A DNA stretch of 63,332 nucleotides, filler included, from Hausera hauseri (lineage: Eukaryota): assembly GCA_046269625.1 (NCBI GenBank). It is 12 parts of 12 records of this genome, joined end to end, with 100 filler letters (N's around TTAATTAATTAA, not from the genome) between each part and the next. Parts side by side here need not be neighbours in the genome. Positions count along the whole stretch, not along the records: positions 29,907 to 36,035 come from JBJURY010136317.1; positions 36,136 to 40,870 come from JBJURY010456245.1; 10 more parts are not named here. One strand, 5' to 3'. The position numbers were made by a program, and so were the translations under genes. Below are positions 31,922 to 40,970 of the stretch, in pieces; position 1 is the stretch's first letter, and each line of letters opens with the position of its first letter. The notes beneath the pieces were generated by a model, which was not told the origin of the DNA, did no database searches, and saw nothing but the letters and a program-made list of their open reading frames with translations.

Positions 31922-34737
31922 AGTCAAAATTCTCAGATCCTCTGGCTTGGCCAGACATTGTAGGGTCGCGAGGACGGCTCCCCTGCCCCGCCGAGTTCCC
32001 CCCTACCTTGAACTCCCTCACCCTGTGTCATTTTAATGCACGGGGGCTCCAGCCCAAAGCAGCTGAGTTTAGAAGCTTTATAGAGGATTATAATTTAGAC
32101 ATCGCCTTGGTCAGTGAGACCCTTTTTTCCCAGGGAAGAACAACCAACGTTACAAATTACGAGCTTTTCCATGTAGACAGACCTCGTAATGGTAACCGCA
32201 TTTCAGGTGGAACTGCAATCTATGTTAAAAGGGGCCTCAATGCTACTCTCATTAAAGTCCCCACTTTTCAATGCATTGAGGCCACAGCCATCGTGTTAGA
32301 CTTCCCCACTATTCCAAATTTAATGATAGCAGCAGTCTATGTTAGGGGCGTTCAACGGAACGTCAGGAGCCTGCTCGAGCAAGATTTAAATTCTTTAACT
32401 CGTAATTTTCCAAATTATGTTATTGCGGGTGATTTTAATGCTAGACATACCTCTTGGGGAGACTCTGTAAACTCCCAAAAAGGTAATATTGTACGGAGGT
32501 GGGCAGATCAAAATTTCGCCAAAATTTTGGCACCCCTGACGCCCACCCGACCAGAATCTAACTCTTATATTGACCTTGCGATCACCCGCAACTTCCCCTA
32601 CTCTCACACCATTCAAACGGTGGACGTTTTCGATTCCGACCATCTTCCTGTTGTTGTCAGGTTTGATACGGGGAATTACAACCTAGATATACCTCAGTCT
32701 TTCCAGACCAACTGGGAAGATTTTGCGTATACTCTATCAGGGATGGAGGAAGCCCCCCTCCCCCTGGCCTCTCGAGCGGAGCTGGACCATGCGGTGAGGC
32801 AGTTCGGAGATTCTCTCCGAACAACCTTCGCTGCGTGTTCGGTTCCTCGAAAGAGGGGTCTGGAGTTCCTCGGGCTTCCTGCTAATATCAAGGAGATGAT
32901 TCGGGAAAGAAACCGCGCTCGAAGAGAGTGGCAGGCATTTAGGTTCCCTTCTTACAAGAGCCTGTATAACAGACTCTGTAGACAGGTTCGTGCTGCTATC
33001 AAAGAGTATAGCAATGAACATTACAATACATATGTTGAGTCCTTAACGACTACTGACAACACCATTTGGAAGGCTACTTCCCGTATTCGTAGGCAACGCT
33101 TACACACACCGGCCCTACAAGGCCCGCACGGGATGGCATATACTAACACAGACAAGGCTGAACTGCTGGCAGACAGTCTTAGAAGACAGTTTACACTGAA
33201 TCCCGACGTAATCAATCCTAGGATTGAGGAAATCGTGGATTCCAGGGTTGAACAGTTGCTACAATCACACTCTGTAAACACACTCCAACCCGCTACCCCC
33301 TCCGAGATCCTTTCTTACATTCGTAAGGTTAAAAAGGGTAAAGCGCCTGGTATGGACCAACTCTCGACTAACATGCTTAAAAACTTACCTTTAAATTATA
33401 TCTTTTATCTGACTCGTATTATTAACAGCATGCTTAACTTAAATTATTTTCCCGATATCTGGAAGGAAGCGCTGATTGTACCGCTGCCCAAGCCAGGGCA
33501 GGACACACACGCACCTTCCAGTTACCGGCCTATCTCTCTACTTTCCTCCTTGTCTAAGGTCTATGAATTCGTTCTAGTCTCTCGACTCGAGGAATTCTGC
33601 GATTCTCACGCAGTTGTAATGCCTGAGCAGTTCGGGTTTCGCAAGAAACTCTCGACTCAGCATCAACTGTGGAGAGTAACAGAATTTATTCATGACGGCC
33701 TCCGCCGAGGTGAGACGACTGGAATCGTTTTCGTGGATATTAGCAAGGCCTTTGATAAAGTCCCCCACAAGTCTCTTCTTTTCAAATTAGACAAACTGAA
33801 CGTCCCTGTTCAGTTTATTAAAATTCTAGACTCCTACCTCTCTAATCGTACCTTTCGTGTGAGAGTTGGCTCCGTCATTTCGACACCCAGGGCTATCGAA
33901 GGGGGGGTTGCGCAGGGGAGCCTATTGGCGCCCCGGCTGTTCAACCTCTACATAAACGACCTGCCCAAGCATCCGGACATCCATTTAGCATTATATGCGG
34001 ATGACACGGCCATTCTGTGCAGACACAGACACCCACTCACAGTGTTCGCTAAACTCCAGTCCTATTTAGGCATTTATCAGAATTGGTTACGCAAGTGGCG
34101 TATCAAGGTTAACGGCAGCAAAAGTGCTGCACTTATATATACTCGTAGAAGGACGAATCTCATCGATACCCAAAACACTAATTTAATTTTGTGCAACGAG
34201 CCCATTCCCTGGGAACTGCAGTATAAGTACCTAGGTGTTATCCTAGATTCCAAATTATCCTGGGGACCTCACATCACAGCAACGCTGTTGAAGGCGAGGC
34301 AAGCCCGGGGCGCCCTTTATCACTTTTTAGCTGGGTTCAGCCGTCTGTCTTTGAAGAATAAATTATTACTCTACAAAGCTTTCCTGCGACCTATTCTGCT
34401 GTATGGTTCAGTTATTTTCGGAGCCGCAGCAAAAACTCAGCTTGAGAGACTCCAAGTCTTCCAAAACGGAGTATTACGCTCCGCGGTAAATGCGATTCGC
34501 TATGTCAGAAATAGTGTCATCCATAATGATCTCAACATTAGACCAATTTTTCAAGAAATTAAGAAACATGCTAAAAAGTTTCACAGAGATCGCCTCAGAA
34601 TACCCAATCCTGCTCTAAGAGATGTGCCGTCGTACGACCCACGCCCTAATTGGGCTAGCAAGCGCCCGCTTGCTATCCTGATTAAACCAGACGACTTTAT
34701 TCCGGCTTCTAAAAGAAGGCGGAGAGAACCCCCTTAG
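31900..34737 (+). CDS. LINE ORF2: AP endonuclease + reverse transcriptase (no AUG before the EN domain)
   Basis: HFNARGL, VSET, GDFNARH, YIDL, SDHLP; KAPGMD, YRPISLL, QFGFR, DISKAFD, GVAQGS, YADD, YLGV. Frame open from 31900. Confidence 0.95.
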   Translation, partial: ERLFALVKSKFSDPLAWPDIVGSRGRLPCPAEFPPTLNSLTLCHFNARGLQPKAAEFRSFIEDYNLDIALVSETLFSQGRTTNVTNYELFHVDRPRNGNRISGGTAIYVKRGLNATLIKVPTFQCIEATAIVLDFPTIPNLMIAAVYVRGVQRNVRSLLEQDLNSLTRNFPNYVIAGDFNARHTSWGDSVNSQKGNIVRRWADQNFAKILAPLTPTRPESNSYIDLAITRNFPYSHTIQTVDVFDSDHLPVVVRFDTGNYNLDIPQSFQTNWEDFAYTLSGMEEAPLPLASRAELDHAVRQFGDSLRTTFAACSVPRKRGLEFLGLPANIKEMIRERNRARREWQAFRFPSYKSLYNRLCRQVRAAIKEYSNEHYNTYVESLTTTDNTIWKATSRIRRQRLHTPALQGPHGMAYTNTDKAELLADSLRRQFTLNPDVINPRIEEIVDSRVEQLLQSHSVNTLQPATPSEILSYIRKVKKGKAPGMDQLSTNMLKNLPLNYIFYLTRIINSMLNLNYFPDIWKEALIVPLPKPGQDTHAPSSYRPISLLSSLSKVYEFVLVSRLEEFCDSHAVVMPEQFGFRKKLSTQHQLWRVTEFIHDGLRRGETTGIVFVDISKAFDKVPHKSLLFKLDKLNVPVQFIKILDSYLSNRTFRVRVGSVISTPRAIEGGVAQGSLLAPRLFNLYINDLPKHPDIHLALYADDTAILCRHRHPLTVFAKLQSYLGIYQNWLRKWRIKVNGSKSAALIYTRRRTNLIDTQNTNLILCNEPIPWELQYKYLGVILDSKLSWGPHITATLLKARQARGALYHFLAGFSRLSLKNKLLLYKAFLRPILLYGSVIFGAAAKTQLERLQVFQNGVLRSAVNAIRYVRNSVIHNDLNIRPIFQEIKKHAKKFHRDRLRIPNPALRDVPSYDPRPNWASKRPLAILIKPDDFIPASKRRRREPP

Positions 34738-36035
34738 AGCACGATTGTGACTAAATTATGATTTCGGTCAACTTTGTCTCAAAATTTCACTTTTGGCTCC
34801 AGGTTTTCCGACACTATTAGTAGCCTGCTCAAGCGTTTAGCAAAACGCGACGTTTCAGCTTTCTTACATACTTAGAAACTTATAAATTGCATTTCTGAAT
34901 CGTGTAATTGTTATGTAACTTGTAAATGTATCAGAATAGTGTAAGCATCCCAGTAATTTTGTCTTGTCTTGCATAGTGTTGTATATTAGAAAAAAAAAAA
35001 AAAAAAAAAAAATGTTAGAAAAATTGTAATTAATTTCACTTACGTAATATTGTATTTCTGCTTCATGTCACATTATATCTAGTGTTTAGCACCGTGTATT
35101 TCTTGTTTCGCATCGTGTACCCCCTATTATGATGAAGTTGCGCCCCAGCAACTTACCCTCTCAGATACCCCCCCCCCCCTGTTATATGCCTCATCGAAAG
35201 TCCATTTACTGTCTTTGACGACGTTCTTTTTCAAGTTCCAGAAGTTCTCTCGTTTGTGGAGCACCTAAGGAAAGGTTGCTGGCTTAGTTGTGTCCCTTAC
35301 TTTATAAGTTTGGGAGGGCTCTGTCCGCTCTAGGCTGCATCTGGAACTTAAGTAGCAAAGCAAACAGAGATCTTCGAATATATTTTACATGTGCGGCTTT
35401 GAAGCACATGAGGTAACCACCGCTGGCACCCCCAGCGAGTTCCAAATTATTACTTTTGTAAAATTTTCTTTTTCGACTAAATTCATTTCTTTAGATCATA
35501 TACCTCATTAGATGGGAGTGAGCGGGGGGCTCTTCGAGCCCTCGGCAGTTGGATCCCGAAACTCCCGGAACTTGAACTTGAAATTTATTCTATTTTAAAC
35601 GTACTAAACATGAAAATTTAATAATCTAAATATAAAAATATCAATTTTTATAACATATATCAGCTTTTGCTGTTTTTTTATAGATAAATCTGAGGGAAAA
35701 CAAAACAAGTTGTCATGTTTGCACACTTTAGACTAAATTCAAAATTATTGTATAATATGAAACCAATATACATACATAAATTTTTATGCTTAAACTTGTA
35801 AACTATTTGTACAACTATTTTGTCATTTACATTAATTTTTTAACAAACATTTAAAACAATTGTATTACAGCGCTTGTTTCAATATTAAGACTGCTGTAAG
35901 AAGCAATTCCTATGCAGCAGAACTTAAAAATAGTTAGTTACATACAGTCATCGAAATGGCATTCCTCAAGTACAAATTATTGTATTAAATTAAAACATGG
36001 TAATTTTCAGTGTATTTTAGTATATATTTTATATC

Positions 36036-36135
36036 NNNNNNNNNNNNNNNNNNNNNNNNNNNNNNNNNNNNNNNNNNNNTTAATTAATTAANNNNNNNNN
36101 NNNNNNNNNNNNNNNNNNNNNNNNNNNNNNNNNNN
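36036..36135. other. artificial contig linker
   Basis: N44-TTAATTAATTAA-N44. Confidence 0.98.
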
Positions 36136-39100
36136 AAATTTTATCCGTATTTTCATATACGTTCTAGTAGCTTCATTAGTCTTGAACCAGATACATGGTT
36201 TCTTCCAATCTACGTCGTAAGCTTTCATTGTTTTGAGGTTTTCTATGTCCTTTTGTCCTTCCCTAATTTGTTGATCTAACTTTATTTTAGCCTCTCTTCC
36301 TCTCTTTCCGATTCCATAGATATCTGCTAAACTAGATTCGTCGTGCCACCATTGGGCCTGTGCCTTTGGGGCGTAAGAGGCGATTAATGATAATGCTAAG
36401 ATTATCTGTACATAGGATACCGGTCTATTAACTATAGCAGAGGTCTTAATTCTCTTTTTATCTTGACTCGGTTTTATACTCTGATCTTTAGATCGTAAAT
36501 TGTACTGCTTGTTTGGTCTTATTTCTGTTTTGACAACTCTTTGTATGGAGGTTACCTCTTCCTTTCCGTTTTTGTTAATATATACTGTAGTTGGTGTGGT
36601 TCGGACAACTTCGTAGGGCCCTCTTCCGGTTCGAGTAAGCTTTAAGGACGTACCTTTCTTGGCTACCGGGTAGTGTACATAAACCCAGTCCCCTTTTTCT
36701 AAGTCGTGGGGTTTGGCCTTTTTATCGTATTGTTTCTTAAACTGTTCCTGATATTCGAGAGTTAGTGTTTTGGCTATATCCCAACACTTTTGTAATCTTG
36801 TTTGTAAAACTTCCGCGAAATTTGGTTCTAAGTCTTCCGGGTTTGCCTGATACGGAGTCATCCCTAAGTCCGTAGGTAATATTGCCTCGCGTCCATACAT
36901 CATAAAGAATGGTGTAAATCCTGTAGCTGGGTGTGGAGTTGTGTTAATAGCAAATTGCGTTCCTTCTAAAAATTCATCCCAATCTTTCTGATCCTTTGCT
37001 ACCACTGTTGATAAAACTCGAATGACTGTTGCGTTCATACGTTCGACCATTCCGTTACATTGGGGATGATACGCGGTCGTAGTTAATCGTTCAATTTCAA
37101 ATATTTTGGTAATCTTGTCGAATAATTCACTTGTGAAGTTTCTTCCTCGATCCGTCAAGATTTGATCGGGTGGTCCATATCTGCAAATAACTTTCCTTAC
37201 TACTGCGTCTGCTAAAGTTTCTGCTTTCTGGTCGATTAAAGCTACTAATTCAACGAAGTGTGTTAGTCGGTCTACACATGTTAAAATATACTTATTATTT
37301 TTGTGAGTCGTAGGTAATGGTCCTACTATATCCATAGACATGGCCTGCATAGGTCTATCTGGTACGTTGATTGGTTTTAATTCGGCTATATAATTTTTCA
37401 CTTTCTTTTGTTTCGTTGCACAAACTTCACATGCATCTACCCAGTTCTTCACATCGATATAGATGCTAGGCCAATAATATTTATTTAGTATTCTCTCCAA
37501 TGTCTTTTTCCATGACATGTGTCCGGCTAGATAAGAATCATGTTCCGCCATTAATACTTCTGTTCGTAATCCTCTCGGAATGACCACAAGTTTCCGTCCC
37601 TTTCGTTCGTAATACAAAATATTATCTTGGTCTGATGCATAGTATTTGTGTCCATGTCTTTGTAGATGCTTTTTCAACTGTCGTCCTTTCGGCATTTCGT
37701 CTTGTTCGGCAAATTTGATTATTTGTTGAATAACTTTATCTTTGGCTTGTTCTGAAGATATTTTGATCGTTTTGTCTAGTGTTAGGGTGCGTTGTCGTTC
37801 CACCAATTCTTCAAGTTGAGCTTTTTTCATTGTCGTAATAGTACTTGTTTTTGTCTTAAGCCTTGATAAAGCGTCTGCGTCAATATGTTTACTTCCGGGC
37901 TTATATTGAAATTCGATATTATACCGGGAGATTTCTTCAATCCATCGATTTAGTCTACATGTTGGGTTATTAGCTCGTCCTTTTAACGTTGTAACAGCCT
38001 TGTGATCCGTAACTATAATGATTTTCTGTCCGTAAACATAGACGTTAAAATGTCTTAAGGCTTCTTTCACAGCTAATGTTTCCAGTTCAGTGACTGAGTA
38101 ATTTTTCTCAGCTTTCTTGAGCGATCGTCCTCCATATGCGATTGGATGTTCTAATTCCTCATCCTCTCGTTTTTGTGCCAATTCGTAACCAATTCCTTCT
38201 TTACTTGCGTCTGTTTTAATTATAAATGGTAAATTGAAATCGGGGTATCTTAATACGGGTTCGCTTGTTAAAATTTTCTTCATTTCATCAAACGCCTTCT
38301 GTTCGACATCAGTCCATTTCCATTTGATCCCTTTCTTTAATAATCGATATAATGGTGCATTAATTTTCGAATTGTCCGGCACGTAGGTGGCGTAGTACCC
38401 ACATAATCCTAGCCAAGGCCTTAATTCTTTCTGATTTTGAGGTTCCATACAGTCCGATATTTTATTCAATAAGGATTTATCCGGTTTTGATCCTCCTTCT
38501 CCGACTATGTGTCCGAGGTAAGATACTGCATTCTGTGCCCATTTACATTTCTTGGGATTTAACTTTAATCCGGCTTGCTCCAGTCGCATAAGTGTATCTT
38601 CGATATCCTTTAAATGTTCTTCTTCTGTTCTTTATGTTATCATCACGTCATCTAAGTACGCAAATGCATGATAAATGCCCCATTAGCATTTTGTTCATCA
38701 TCCTGGTAAATATAGCTGGACCAGTTGTTATGCCAAATGGCATGACGTTAAATTCATATACTCCGTCATGTGTTTTAAACGCTGTTTTATATCGATCATC
38801 TTCTTCGATTTCTACTTGCCAGTAACCGGATTGTAAGTCCAGCGTGGTAAACCATTTTGCTCCTGATAGTCTATCTAGTGCCTCTTTTACAGATGGTAGC
38901 GGAAATGAATCTTTCATCATCAGAGTGTTTAGGGCTCTATAATCTATACAAAATCGATGTTTAGTGGTACCTTTCTTTTTGACCATTAGTATGGGTGAGT
39001 ACCATGACCGGTAACTTGGTCGTATTATATCGGCTTTTAACATACGTTCTACCTCTTTAGTAATTTCGGGTCTCAGTGAATGAGGTGGCGGGTACCATTT

Positions 39101-40186
39101 AGGCATTTTCTGCTCTTCCAGGTCAATTTCTTCATTGGAGCCAGGTTTCTTCCTTAATGGAATCGTTAATCTGAGAGCTTTTGCTCGACCTATATCTTCA
39201 TTCAGGGCAATAATCGACTTATATTTGCATAATAGTTCATAGAACTGACAATATATTTCTGGTGAGAACTTAGTTTCAACGTGAGGTGGAAATTCAGCAT
39301 ATTTATACGGTTTTTCCTCGATTGTTATCGCTGATACCTTATAAGTATGACCCAACGTAGTGTTGGCGTACAACTTTACAGGGGTTGGTGCGTTGTTCAC
39401 CAATCTAATTGGTACTCGTCCTGTCGTTACTCTTGTCAGAATATTACTGAGGATGATATTTGGGTTGATGTCTTCTTGTGACTCAAAATATACTGGTTGA
39501 TCCTCTTCTTCTCGTATTTGGGCATAAATTAACATTTCCGTCCGAGGTGGAATATTTTCATCAACGGGAATCCATACTTCTCCTAATTTCCTTTCTTTCA
39601 TTGCTTTAATCCCTTTTACTGGTCCGAGTTCAATTAACTTTCCGGTTTGTAAGTTTATTGCAATGTTGGGTAGTTGTTTCAGTATATCGCAACCCAATAC
39701 TACGTCGTCAGTTAGTTGATCCATTATGGCAAATTCGTGCGTAAGGGTCTGACCCATTACATGAATTACAGGGTTCCACTTAAATTTTGGTTTGGATTCT
39801 TGTCCGAAGGCTCCTATGCTGCTTGGATCTGATGAAGACGCTGGTTGTAATTGTTTCCGTAGTGTCGGCGGTATTGATTCTAATTTAATAAATGATTTTT
39901 CCGATCCTGTGTCCACCAGGGCATAAACTTCCCAATCCTCGATGGTAACTTTGGTGAAGGGTCTTCCTTCCACAACTGTCCCGTAACAATTTGATATATC
40001 CTTTGGACGTCTAACTGAAGAAATCTTATGTCCATTAATCGTTATCTCTGGCGATGATACGATATTTTCAGTCAATTGTCTCAGCTCTCCGTTTGGATAT
40101 AGATCATTACTTATTAAGCTGTTTTCATTATTTTTAATTAACGGCTCTTGTGTTCTTGGGCTCTGAAACGAACTTGTTCCTTGCAT
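36136..40186 (-). pseudogene. pol: Ty3/Gypsy pol (PR, dUTPase-like remnant, RT, RNase H, integrase) plus in-frame signal-peptide ORF; one frameshift and one stop near YLDD
   Basis: LVDTGS; RFCIDYRALN, LDLQSGYWQ, MPFG, YLDD (38658-38647, in the downstream frame); TDAS..TDH..DALSR; HDSYLAGH..CEVC, MDIVGP/TDRG/VER, GPY; then VSYVQIILALSLIASYAPKAQA. Confidence 0.92.
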
Positions 40187-40870
40187 TCCCCAAACTGTCG
40201 ATTTTGTGTCTATGTTGCGAGCTATCCTTGGTCATTATTCCATGGTCATCTTGTGCTCGTTGATGGTTAGTACACTGCGTTTTCTTAAGGACTCCATAGT
40301 GTTTTGTCCCTTCATAAGGATCTTCAAAACGAAAGGGATTCTGACAAAATGCTGATCTGTATGACATCGTAGAGAACTTATCGCAATCTTCGTATATTGG
40401 GGCCGTCGGCGGCATGATGGGTATTGGTGCTGAGTAGATTTTGTGTCTATTTTGTAGAGGAAACGCTTCTCCTCCCTTAGGCTCGTCATCGTCTGAATCA
40501 TCTCTTCTTGTTATTGTTTTCTTAGCTTTACGTCTTGATAGAAAGAGAGGTCTTGATCGCCGTTTGTAATTGTGGTAGCCGACATGCCGTTCGACGTCGT
40601 TTTTCCATCGGTTTTCCTCGTAGGCCTTAAGCATTTTACCAAAAGGTGTAATAATTGCAGTCAAAATTTTGCACGAAAATCCGGTTAATGTAAATATTTC
40701 GTATCCATTAATAATCGCTTGGATTACGGCCTTTACTAATTGTACCATAAAATAGATTGCTAAGAATCCGGATGCGGCTTGTCCAAAAATCAGAAATCTT
40801 CCCCAAATTTTGTAGAGTATTTCCGTAGTTACTCGTTGATAGTGATTTACTCCTAACAATGATTCCCATT
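40134..40870 (-). CDS. C-terminal membrane region and cytoplasmic tail of a chuvirus-like (class III/gB-related) glycoprotein, 5'-truncated
   Basis: KIWGRFLIFGQAASGFLAIYFMVQLVKAVIQAIINGYEIFTLTGFSCKILTAI resembles the WxxFxxFGxxxAG...IHGY...GWS..L.A signature of Chuviridae glycoproteins (recognised by eye). Frame open to the contig edge. Confidence 0.65.
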
Positions 40871-40970
40871 NNNNNNNNNNNNNNNNNNNNNNNNNNNNNN
40901 NNNNNNNNNNNNNNTTAATTAATTAANNNNNNNNNNNNNNNNNNNNNNNNNNNNNNNNNNNNNNNNNNNN
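40871..40970. other. artificial contig linker
   Basis: N44-TTAATTAATTAA-N44. Confidence 0.98.

Larger units (their letters stand above)
29907..35583 (+). mobile_element. near full-length non-LTR retrotransposon (Jockey/I group LINE)
   Basis: ORF1 with three CCHC knuckles, ORF2 APE+RT, 3' UTR ending in a hairpin and (GAACTT)n. GC content drops abruptly after ~35583. Confidence 0.9.
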
